Shown: piece after piece, positions 50,635-62,706 of the stretch | Numbering within the stretch: position 1 is the stretch's first letter | Layout: each line of letters starts with the position of its first letter | Assembly: GCA_002245135.1 (NCBI GenBank) | Contig: NGBS01001160.1 | Span: forward strand, 434,001 to 498,000 | Direction of reading: 5' to 3' | DNA length: 64,000 nucleotides | From: Proteromonas lacertae | Lineage: Eukaryota | Position numbers and translations under genes: made by a program | Notes under the pieces: model-generated | Databases searched by the model: none | Told to the model about the DNA's origin: nothing | The model's input: the letters and a program-made list of their open reading frames with translations, nothing else

Positions 50635-52461
50635 ATGTTTGATTTGCTGAATATCTTTTCAAATGAATCATTTGCAGGGTATGTAAGAGTTATTATGATA
50701 ATAGAGACAAGACCAGATCTGGAAACAACCTATTTTCTGAAAAAAGTATTTGGCATGTCCAAAAAACTGACAGATTATGGAATTACCATATTGTTATACC
50801 TAGAAAAATATGTATAATAGTAAAGTTTTATTTCGTTTGTAGTTTCAACGGGATTCTGCTCAAATAACATATCATTTACTAAAACATCAAAAAATAGATG
50901 TATTAGAAAATGCAATTAAAGAAGATAAAATACTGGAACTAGTTGAAAAAGAATTAAATGTAGATATTTCAGAATCAGTATTATTCTTTTTCTTATTATG
51001 TTGTAGATTTTACCATATACAGATCCTCTTCAATCCACATTAATAGGAAGGAGAGCATTATCATATCTAGATGCAGCTAGTTTAGCTAGATGTGGTTGTG
51101 TTTGTACAAAATGGAATAAATGGGTTTATGGTAAAAGAAATTATAAAATCGAAAAAGATGATGATGATAGCAATAATAGCAATAACAGAACAATAAATAG
51201 AAATAGAGGTACATCAGTATCATACGTATCCAATGATGTATTCTTACCGAAATCAACAAGTGAATCAGAAATTGGAAATATTACAATACCAAGAGATATT
51301 GTAAGAAATACAACTCAAAAACATGTAAGAATCGATACAGATCCTTATATCTCTGTATTACCACCAGTGAAGAAAGCTTTATTCAAATGGAGAATTCAAT
51401 TATCAGGTATACCAGCGGAATATAGATATAAATATTGGAGATATGTGACAGAATTGGAAATGAAACAAGATTCGGATATAATGCATAGACAACCAGGAAT
51501 ATTTGAATTATTTGTAGATCAATTACCACCGCCATCACTATATAAAACTATAAATGATGATATATCTTTTTTTTAAGACTATTATTATTATTATTTGTTT
51601 TTCTTAATGAATAAAAGTTCATAGAACATTCGTGTATGATAGTAGATATGGTGAATCAATGAATGATCGTATATTTAAAATAATAATTATTTATAATTAG
51701 ATGATTTCGATGAAAAAGGTGAGTTATTAACATTAGAAGAGAAAAATAGAAGATTAATTCGACTATTGCATGCAATATCATTTTTACATGATACTTTATT
51801 ATATTGTCAAGGAATGAATCATATTGGAGCTGAATTACTACGAATCTCAAAATGGAATGAAGTAGATGCATTTTGGCTATTTAGTAGTTTCGTAATGAGT
51901 AAACAGACAAGATTATACGAGTTATATATGCCTGGATTACCACGTCTTCATGTTTGTCAATATATATTAGGAAGGTTAATAAGGCAATTTTTACCAAAAT
52001 TAGCTTTACATTTTGAAACAATAGGATTAAATACTGAAATGTTTTCTACTGAATGGTTTATTACTTTATTCTCTTCTCATTGTTTATTACCTCCTTCTGT
52101 TGTTTCACGATTGTTAGATACATTTTTATATCAAGGATGGAAAGTGATTTATAGAATTGCACTTTCTATTTTATCATTTTTTGAAGAAACTATGTTGGTA
52201 TTTGATCTAGAAAAATGTCTTGTCTATCTTCAAAGATTGCCTAATTCAGGAGTAAAAGATCTTACTCAGGAAGAAGCTAATCAAATTGTCAGTAATTCAC
52301 TTACTTTTAAATTTAGTACTGCATACTTGGATGATTTAGAAAGAGTATATGATAGTGACAATTTAACACCTTCACCATCCGATAGAACAACAGGAACTTC
52401 AGAAAGATCGTCTTTTGAGAAAGTTACATCATTTTTCAAGAAACGACCAACCTCTGCTTAA
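50635..52461 (+). CDS. F-box + TBC (Rab-GAP) domain protein
   Basis: LSYLDAASLARCGCVCTKW (F-box), GIPAEYRYKYW, INDDVHRTF (Arg finger, after splicing), YCQGMNHIG (Gln finger), EWFITLFS. Confidence 0.88.
51562..51616 (+). other. Minor-spliceosome (U12-type) intron, AT-AA termini
   Basis: 5' ATATCTTT, branch-point-like TTCTTAAT 8 nt before the 3' end; removal yields the TBC motif INDD-VHRTF. Confidence 0.8.
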
Positions 52462-52583
52462 ATATAATGTATGTTATACTTTTGTTTATAAAAATAATAC
52501 TTAAATTATATTCTGTTGTTGATAAAATGAAAAAAATACACTCAAACGTGTTTGTGACAAAATATTTAATTTTTGCTCTTTTC

Positions 52584-53320
52584 ATGTTATATAAAGTATT
52601 TAATTTGTTGATTATATATGCAACTATTGTATCATGTCAAAATCTTTGTAATTCAGGTGATTATTTATCTAAAGATCATAAACCAGTGAAATGTCTATTT
52701 ATTCCAAATTGTGCAATAAAAAGTGCAATTTTCACAGATTTGGAATTAGTAGTTGGGAATGATAAATCTATTCATACATCAATTATTTCAATATGCCACA
52801 ACGACAACTACCTATATTTTGAGTTCGAAAATTTCAATGATTCATTAGCCTTATCAAAGAATGCAAATAAAGATAAATTTTTAGATAGTTCTTCTCAGAT
52901 TTTCATTTCATTTGGAAAAGAAGATCCATCAGAGTATTATAATATTTTCATCACTCCATTCAACAATCTTTTTATAAACAAAATTGAAAATTCAAAAGCA
53001 GTTAAACCAATTCTAGACTTAAATCCAAATATATTCCATGGTTCAACTCCCAATCAACATAATCAGAAATGGAGAGCAACAATAGATGTACCTTTATCAT
53101 TTTTGACCAATATAAATGAAATAACACAACCAATTATACTCAGAACGAATATTCTACGAATTGTGAGGTCAAATGTATTTTTTATAATTATATTTTACAT
53201 TAGAATAATGATAAGAAATGTGATAAGAGTAGTTGTCAGTATTATCTGTGGAATGGTCAGTTGAATGACAAATCTATACCAGATAGTAGTGATATGGGTA
53301 TTTTAGTATTATCTTATTAG
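52584..53320 (+). CDS. Secreted CBM9/DOMON-like carbohydrate-binding-fold protein
   Basis: Signal peptide; HNDNYLYFEF, DSSSQIFI, YYNIFITPFN, WRATIDVPLSFL, LRTNILR follow the CBM9-like strand pattern. Confidence 0.55.
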
Positions 53321-53413
53321 TTAAATGTATTAATTAAATATATTTATGTATATGAATAAAGTGTTATTTGGGTTTATTCTTCATAAATACAAATATCAAT
53401 ATTTGAATATAAT

Positions 53414-56400
53414 CTATAGTTTTGGAAATAAAAATTCAGTTACTTTTTTATCTTTATACAACTTGAAATATATCTTTTGTGCTGCATTTGCATATGCTCT
53501 TTTCCTTGAAGTTTCATCATCACTTAGCGTAGAAAAACAATCTTTTCTTCCATCATTATGAATCTTTTTAATTTCTAACCATACAACATATAATTTTCCT
53601 TCTTCACTATCTTTATCTATTTTCTCATGATATTTTACTTCAATTCTATAATAATAATAACAAAAATAACATATACTTATAACCTTTTCTATTAACAAAT
53701 TCATGTAAAAAACTAACGGCATTATGATAACCTAGCAATGCTCCACTTTCTTCAATCAAAATGTATTTAGAATCAAATAAATCAGAATCTTCATCATCTT
53801 CATCTTCACCATCTGAACCTTTTAAATATTCTACTGATATTTGCTCAGCCATACTATAGAAATAAAATAACCAATGAAAATACTGGAATGATGAAATAGA
53901 ACCACCTCCTTCATCATTATTAGGTACAAAATAATAGAATGAACTATTCATTGCACGAGCTCTTCCTTGACTTTGTATAAGAGATTTTGGAGTAGCAATT
54001 TTATCATATCTAATTACATGATTACACTCTGGAATATCTAAACCTTCTTCACCAATTTGTGTTGATATTAGTATATTGCAATTCTATTTTGATATAAATG
54101 GAAATATATTATACCCTTTCAAACTGTCTTATTGCTGTTTCTTGTTGAGCTCTTGTCATAGTTATCAATGAACCTGATTTTCCATGTCCACATAACCAAA
54201 CTGGTTTTAAAGTTGGTATAAATATCTTTAAAGTATTTGATAATACAGTTGTTTCTACTCTAGTTTCAACAAACAGAATGATTTTTGATTGACTATCATA
54301 TTTACCGATTCTATATGGATTACAAAAACTTATGATTATTATACGCAGTGATTAAACGCACCAGCTTCTGTAACTTTTCTGAACATCTATGAAAATCATC
54401 ACTATTATCATCGCAATAACATCTCAGTTCTCCATCAATTGTATCATATAATGTTCTATCAGTAATATTAAAATCTTTGATGGCTTTCAATGTCCAAAAT
54501 GGGCCAATTGAATAAATACAATGTATTATATCATTCAATCTCATATTATTCTTCTCATCTCCATCTATTTTTAAACCTTCTAATGTCTCTATTAATGGAT
54601 CTAATGATAGATTTTTATTATAAGTGATAATCTATTAAATAATAAAATAAACAACTATACTTGCTCTTGTGGTCTATTTGTATGTTCATTCAATTCATTT
54701 TCAGCTTCTTTTGACAACTTTGCTACATCTGAATCCATAACTTTAGTCAAATCAATAACCATCTTTTTAATTTCATCTTCTTTTATTACATTAGCTTTTA
54801 ATGGAGTGGCAGTTAAACCAACTATTCTAGGAAGTGTTTTATGAATCTGTTCTTCAGAATATCCTTTCCTCCTTAATCTATAGAATAAAATAAAATTAAA
54901 AAATACTCTTCATATTTACGATAATAATGAGCTTCTTGAATTACTTTATATCTATGCCCTTTTGTTCCATGATGACATTCATCATATATTAATAATGCAA
55001 CTCTATCAATAGTTAATGCAGCATGAGATAATGCTTGTTCAAATACATCTGGAACACAAATTACAATTTCATTACTATAGCTTTCCCATATATATGAATC
55101 ATAACTTTTTTTACCAGTCAATTGATTTACTTTTACTGCAATATTCTTTGCTCTTAGATATTTCTCAATACTTCTTCCTTGTTGAGTAATTAAGTTAGTT
55201 GTTGGTACTAACATAACAATTAATTTGCCTTTATTCCAACTACAATTAATGAAATGTTCAATAACTAAAGTTGCTACTAGAGTCTTACCTGATCCTGTTG
55301 GAGCAACAACTATTGTGTTTCTCTAATAAATAAATAAATAAATATATATATATATAATACTTCAACACATTGTCTATAAAACTCATATTGATATGATCTG
55401 GGTTTTACTACACTTACACCATCATTATTTGTATCTGAAATTGAATGTAGAATTGACTGTTGAGCAGATTGTTGCATTGTCTGTTGTTGTATTTGGGATT
55501 GAATTGGTGATATAGGTACTGGTTGATATGGTTGCTGGATTGGTTGCTGATATGTTTGATATGGTTGTTGTACTGGAATTGAATCAGATGGTCTGAATCC
55601 TGTAGTTGTAAATTGTGGATGTTGATTCATCATTGAACTATTATTACTGCTATTATATGATTGTTGTTGTTGTATTGGTAAAGGTAAATTATTTGACATT
55701 GGCATTGGCATTGTAGAATTAAACTGCGGAACTGCTGCTGATGGACTGTTATATCTTAGTGGAGATGGTTGATTACTAATCGATTGTGATATATTAATAA
55801 ATCGATTATCAGCAAGACATTGACTTTGCGGTTGGCTTAGTGGTAGTGGTATATCATAAGATGTATTTGAAACACCTAATGAATTAGTTGGTAATGATGA
55901 TGATATTGTTCTTGATGATGATGATGATGATGATGAAGAAGAAGAAGAAGAAGAAGAACTATCACTATTCATTAATACTTTAAATCCCTATTATTCATAA
56001 ATCAATTAATATCTATATACATATCTACTCAAATCAGATGGAGAAATCTCTTTAAAATTAGATGGAGGCAATACTGTTCTTTCACTATCACTAATTAAGC
56101 TACTATCTATTACATAAATATAACAATTATAATAATACTAAATATAACTGGTCCATCATCACTTTTATATTTGTGATGATTAGTATATATGTATAATATT
56201 CTCTTTGCAGCTTCACCTTCTGCTTCTTCGTATGTATTATACTCTTTTTCACATCCTTCTGGTCTATCAGGTGGAGTAATATCATATTTAAATTTCCCAC
56301 TTGTTGTTCTACTTATACTATAGGTGTAATCTCTTCTGTGGTTTGTAGATTCATAGTCCTTTAATTTTTTAAGAAATTTGTACCATTTAAATCTTCCAAA

Positions 56401-57098
56401 TTGACTAAAGGTTTATTTGGTGTTGTATATTGACTATCACCTGTATAATGATAAAGAACCAATCTAGCCAATTCCTAATACAAAATAAAAATAAATTATA
56501 TAATATAATCTATACATCTTTACTTTCTTTTTGTTAGGGTAAAATCCTCCATTTTCTATTTTACTACCATCTTTAAATAACGCATATGATCTAAATATCT
56601 TTCTACCATTATAATCTCTTTCTTCACACTCTTCAGTGTAATTAAAATCAAGTCTTCCACAACTGTTTTGTTTTAAAGTATTTAAATCTGCTCTGTACTT
56701 TCCTGCAATACTTGCGCTTAGGTTCAATTGTGATGATGTAGAGGATCTTGAAGATGCAGAAGAACCTATACAACCAAAATAATATTTTCAGTGATACCAA
56801 TGCTAGAAGGTAGCGAATCAGCAATTTCTTCTTTATAATCACATCGGTAATCTGGATGTTTTAACAAAATATATAGCAAAATGTGAGATGCTTCCTATAA
56901 AATACAATAAATTATGCTTACCTGCTCAGCTGCCTTTTTTGATTTGTTTATCTGTATGGTAGAATATTTCTTACCATTATACACAAAATATCCAGTAAAA
57001 CGTTGATCATGTGGAGGTCCTGTACTACTAGTATATATTTTCACTGGATCTAACCCAAGTCTTTGCCTCTCTGTGTTATAAATGCTTTTATAATCCAT
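53414..57098 (-). CDS. Dicer-like helicase protein: 3x dsRBD + DExD/H helicase + DUF283, lacking PAZ and RNase III
   Basis: dsRBD1 GPPHDQRF...SKKAAEQ; PRSYQ, APTGSGKT, DECHH, GLTAT, GEEGLDIPEC, IQSQGRAR; DUF283-like GALL...AVSFL...KRAYANAA...LFP*. Confidence 0.88.
55903..55960 (-). repeat. (TCT)n(TCA)n poly-Ser coding microsatellite
   Basis: GAT/GAA triplet runs on the + strand, in the linker of the Dicer-like gene. Confidence 0.9.
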
Positions 57099-57311
57099 CA
57101 AGCCTCAAAATCAAGCTCGTCTCACTTAATGTCTCATTCATCATTCATTACATTGCATGTCTTATTAACGTAAAATAACACGTCATTAATTCATTTAAAT
57201 GGAAATTTGTCATAAAGACAACAATATTATGTTGAATATCACTAGTAACAGTAACAATAATAAATAATAACACTATAAACTATTATAGCTATTAATATCA
57301 GAATAAATAAT

Positions 57312-58628
57312 TTATTTAAAAATTGGATCTTGCGGTTCTTTTATACCTAAAATACTTCTTACTTCACCTAACAAATAAATACTTCCACATATAATACAAC
57401 AATCATTTTTATCCATTTTATTTAATACATCAATTATTGTATCTTTAACAGATTTATTATTTTCCTTTATATTATTATTTGGAACTACAGATTTTAGTAT
57501 TTTATATAAATCATGTTGCGAAACAGATCTATAATTATTGGATTTTACAAAATGAATATTTTCATGTTTTATATTCTTTACTGTTGTTTCTAAACATGAT
57601 TTTATATCTTTATCATTTGAAAATCCTAATATAATGTGATTATTTATTTTATTTCCCTTTTTTACATCATCTGACAATGAGTTAAATAATGTTTTAAACG
57701 CTTGTGGATTATGACTACAATCTAACATGACATTTCTTGGTTTATTATCATTCAAAATATTGGTTTTAATTATTTCCATTCTGTTTGATAATTGTTGATT
57801 TATCCCATAATTTATACTATCATCATTTATCTTCGAATAATAATTTGGATTTGATGATTTCAATATATTCAAACATTTTTTTGCTAATTCAATGTTTATT
57901 TCATTATAATTCTTATATTCTTTATTTATGTCAATTTGATAGAATGGACTATTCTGTTTCATTGCGATTTCCTTCAACACATTCACAGGTAAATCTTTTC
58001 CTACAACAACTGGTACATTTGGTTTAATAATTCCACCCTTTTCTTCAGCTATTTCTTCAACAGTATTTCCTAATATTTTAGTATGTTCTAATCCAATTGA
58101 AGTAATACAACTTATATCAGGTGTTATTATATTTGTTGCATCTAATCTTCCTCCTAAACCTACTTCTATTACTCCTACATCTATATTCTGTTCCATAAAG
58201 TATTTGTAAGATAATATTGTTGTATATTCGAAAAAAGATGTGTTAATATTGTGTGTTTTTGATAAATTAAATAACAATTCTAAATTCTCTTTTATATAAT
58301 CTTCTGGAATGTAATTATCATTGATTCTTATTCTCTCTCTATAGCATATAACATGAGGAGAAGTAAATAAACCTGTTTTATATCCACTCTTAATCAGCGC
58401 TTTATAAATCTTCCAACAAACAGAACCTTTGCCATTTGTTCCTGTAACATGTACAGTATGAAATTTATTTGCAGGATCACCAACTAATTTCGCTAACTGC
58501 CTAACATTATCTATATTTAACTTAACTACACTAAATCTGTGATAATTGTAGAGTTCATTCAATATTTCTATTAACATAAATATATAGATCTAATACCAGC
58601 ATAAGATCTTACTTTATTAATTCCTCAT
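57312..58628 (-). CDS. Folylpolyglutamate synthase / dihydrofolate synthase (FolC family)
   Basis: HVTGTNGKGSV, GLFTSPH, RERIRIN, FFEYTT, EVGLGGRLDATN, IAEEKGGIIK, LDCSHNP, CGSIYL. The start is uncertain because of an apparent 1-nt insertion. Confidence 0.93.
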
Positions 58629-58790
58629 TCTTGCAATAAATGGAATTATAATACATTACATGTAATTTACATCAATTATGTAAAATTATAATTTGATGAA
58701 ATAACCATGCAATTCTAAATATTTATTATTTATTATTACTTATATACAACAAATATATATATTTTTAAATAAAAGCATAAAATATTGTAT

Positions 58791-59921
58791 TTACAAATCA
58801 AATAATTCATTAATCATTCTGTTAGTAACACTATCTTCATCATTTTGAACTGCTCTATTATCATTCAATACTACTTCTTTCTTATTATCACAAGCTGGAC
58901 CTGAAAACCCTTGAAAACATTCACACAATCCAGTTTTACGATTACATAATCCATTATTACCACATTCATACTGTTCTGGAGTTTCTGAAGCAGGGGCAGA
59001 GAGTCTTATACATTCTCCAGTTATTTTAGATTTTAAAAACTTATCAATATCTATATTATAACATTGTATTATAGTTTGTATTTCAACTGGTGAGTAATAG
59101 GCAATACAGCTACTTAATGGAGGTATTAATTGAATAATATCAGTTAGCCTATTGTTATAATCAATTTTTCTTTGTGGATGACTTGATACAATTCATATTG
59201 ATTCGGTGCATAGAGTTCTTCTGATATATAGGTAATACCATCGTATGTATAATTCAATCTAAACTTACCACATACATCATAATGTGATATAATATAAATT
59301 CATTTTCGGTGGTTCAGATGCAGCTGCATCAATTCCATATTGACATTCTCTTTCTGAACAATCTAAGCCTCTGTATCCTTTATCACATTTGCAACTGTAC
59401 ATTTTAGTTATTTCCCATCCTGTATATGGATTTGATGATGTAGCTAAATTATACTCGATATTTTCACATATTCCATGACCACTGCATATTAATTTCTCAT
59501 TATTAGATGGACAGGTTGTTCTTTGACATGCTGCTCCTTCATAGCCATTATAACATTTACATTCTCCTTTATTATTATCACAATTACCACTTCCACTACA
59601 TTCTGCATACGCATGTGCTTTAGTATCTTCTTCATTTATTCCATAATTAGGATACCATTCAGTTTTCACTTCAACATCTGTTATTTTTCCATCATGATTC
59701 AAATCTCCATTCGAAGTGCCAAACCATGCAGCACTATATGGACAACCTCCTATTATTAATTTATGTTACTTTAACGATATTATACTTAATGAACAATCGG
59801 CTCCTCCAAATCCTGGATAACACTCACATTTATCTCGTTTTCCACATTCACCATGACCGTTGCACATGTTATTACAACAAATAATCATCCCAAATAGTAA
59901 CATAATTCCTAACACTCTCAT
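58791..59921 (-). CDS. Sig1/Ocm1-like mastigoneme protein (EGF-like repeats); apparent frameshifts at 59160-59285
   Basis: Signal peptide, CNGHGEC, CPYSAAW...GDLNHDG...AHAYAECSGSGNCD, GYEGAACQRTTCP, YTGWE, terminal ECGNNGLCNRKTGLCECFQGFSGPAC. Confidence 0.8.
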
Positions 59922-60091
59922 TTTTAATCTTTTTTCAATCTCATAAAAATTGGTTATTGAAAATATTTTGGATAACCGCATTATCAAAAAACTCAAAAAA
60001 CCAAGCAACCAAAAGTATATATCATCACATTATTATAATATATTCTTTTTTTAACTTTAATTACATTTAACTAATATACAATTCACACGAT

Positions 60092-61096
60092 TTATCCAAC
60101 ATGTAAGTTATCCCAAGTTCTTAGTGGATGTAACTGTTCCTGCATACTTCTGCAATCAGCTTTAGATATTTTATCAGGTCCCATCATAAACATAGTTACA
60201 TTGTTCATTTTCTTCAATTGATTAACGATTGGCCAACCGTCAAGCACAGCAAATGTATTATCTATTCAAATTAATAATTAACAATCAATGGAGTAATACG
60301 TTGGATATATAACATTCTTAAATGCTTTAATGAAGGTAATATCTTCACTAACGCAGCTGCACTGGTATATGTTAGTTTATTATATGATAAATCAAGCTCT
60401 TCTAACTCTTTAAATTTCTGAAGCATTTCAAATAAACCAACTGGATTTGTTAATACATTATCTACAATACAAAAATAAAAACATCATTTTTATACTTGAA
60501 ACATTGAATGATTTAATATGTGGACACGATTTGTACAACTTATTATGAAGGAATTTGATATGAATATCTTCCAAATGAGTACTTTTCATTGACAATTTCT
60601 CTAAATAAGGATAGAGAAGGATATTTCTCAAACATAAATCCATTTCAACTTTAGTCAGATCAGTTATGTCTATATATTATTATATTATCATTTTCATATT
60701 TATACTATCCAATATAATCTCTTTAGCAGTATGTGGATCATTGTTCTGAAAAACTGCATTAGCTTTTGCATTTGTACTAATTCTTGATGGCACTATTAAC
60801 ATTATTGTGTTATATAATCTACAATACTTTTGATTTCAACTGGCTTATCTGGTTTAGCAGGTGAAGATTCACTACTACTTGGAATAGAAGGTGCTTCTTC
60901 TGTCTCTTCTGCTGCAGGGGCAGGTGGTTGAGATAATTTCTTTTCTAACACTTCTTGATATTCATCCAACAAGTGATGCTTCTCTAAAACTTCACGCATA
61001 GCTTCACTGCATACTTCAGCTTCTTTCAACTGATCTTGGAGTATTTTGCAGTTCTTACAACCTATCAAGGATAAATTTCATCTAATTCATACTCAT
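60092..61096 (-). CDS. Coiled-coil + leucine-rich-repeat protein
   Basis: MSCKNCK start after a 4-nt first exon; LRR-like LEKLSMKST, IKSFNVS, LEELDLSYN; ends WDNLHVG*. Confidence 0.6.
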
Positions 61097-61443
61097 ATCT
61101 TTTAACTGAAAGAAAAACGGCTTGATATAATCGAGCTTTTTATATTCAAATTAATTTTACATTACAACAAATGCTCATGCTATATTTTTAACGATAAAAT
61201 AATTAAATATGCTCGTATTGTTTTCGTTCTTTAATCATAAAATGAATGAATTAGACGATCAAAAATTGGATCTGTGTTCACTTCTCTAAATAATACTTTC
61301 TTTGTGGTATTCTTACTTATATATTATCACAATTTTTATTTATAACTATTAAAACATGAAAGATGCAGATTTTGCGATTTTTTGTAACTGAATTTTTTTA
61401 TATTTTTTATTAAACGTCATACCGACATCTCATCCAATAAGTG

Positions 61444-62536
61444 ATGGAAGATAAAAATAAAAATAAAAATAGTATAATTTCTAGTAAGCAGGACAAGATA
61501 AACGAAAGTGAAACTAAGACTAATCTTTATAAAACTGGTATTGTTTAGTGTCTATAATGCATCCATAGAGCTATGTAAAAAATTTCATCAATATGGTTTC
61601 TGTAAATATGGTGACAAGTGTCAATTTGCTCATGGACCAGCAGAATTGCGTCCTATTGTGAGACACCCTAAGTACAAGACAGAAAAATGTAAATCATTCT
61701 GGACAACAGGTAACTGTCGTTATGGGACTCGATGTAAATTTCTTCATAATGAAGCATCAAAAAATACATCAGAAAACGAAGAGAATCAATCTGTACAGCA
61801 ACATTCTTCTACAGTCCAATACTGCTTCCCACCTGCACCTCAACAGCAGACTCAGTGTGTACAAATAGTAAGTCCCTCTCCATACATTGAGCAAGTACCA
61901 TCTCCAAACATACCTATAGCTGTACAGTATGCTGACGGAACTATTTATTATCCTGAATCTGATTATGAATATAATCAACCAATTAATCCGTCAGTAATAC
62001 CAGTAATGAGAAAAATATCAGCTCCTGAAAGGACTATTAATGCTTATACATGGGATCAAGTAAGAAAAGTATCATCTCCAGCTATGTTGACTCAAAGTGA
62101 CACAAATACACCAATTCTTCCTGCAGTATCTGCACCAAGAGTGCCATTTATTCCAAAGAGAAAGAATAATATACCTACAGAGGAATTACAGAATTATATC
62201 CCGTATTCAGACAATGAGAAAGTAAATCAACAAATGTTAAGAAAATCAACATGGAACAATGAAATTGTTTATGATCTAAATGACAAAGAGAATAGAAAGA
62301 GTACTTGGCCTATTAGTAAAGCAGATGAAGATGAATTGAATGTGAAATTTTCAGGTATGAGTATACAAGGTTATAATAATGTAAATTATTATGAACCTGA
62401 TGATAACTCTAACAGATTACCAGTATTTACAAAATTATCGTATGAACATAGTATTATTTCTGATTCAATATCTTATTGTCAATCTAATATATCTGAAATT
62501 ACATGTGGATCAATTAATTCACCTCCTTATGAGTAA
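61444..62536 (+). CDS. Tandem CCCH zinc-finger protein (TIS11/ZFP36 family)
   Basis: Spliced [27 protein letters not shown]...[10 protein letters not shown]...[11 protein letters not shown]. Confidence 0.95.
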
Positions 62537-62706
62537 GTATTATCTTTTGTATGTTTACAATGTGAACATCTTATATAAGTGATGTTATAGATTGTTAATA
62601 GTAATTATTTTCTATTTTACAATTATTGTTTTATTAGTGTTATGTTTTTTTGGAGAGTTTTTGTATTCTGAAACGGATATATATTTTATCTTACAAATCT
62701 TTCAAA

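Noticed and set aside
42053..58628. Folate gene cluster (MTHFR + FolC)
   Set aside because: The genes are ~13 kb apart with eight unrelated genes between them; likely coincidence.
61095..61104. ATATCTTTT resembling a U12 donor
   Set aside because: It is on the non-coding strand and overlaps the start codon of a minus-strand gene.
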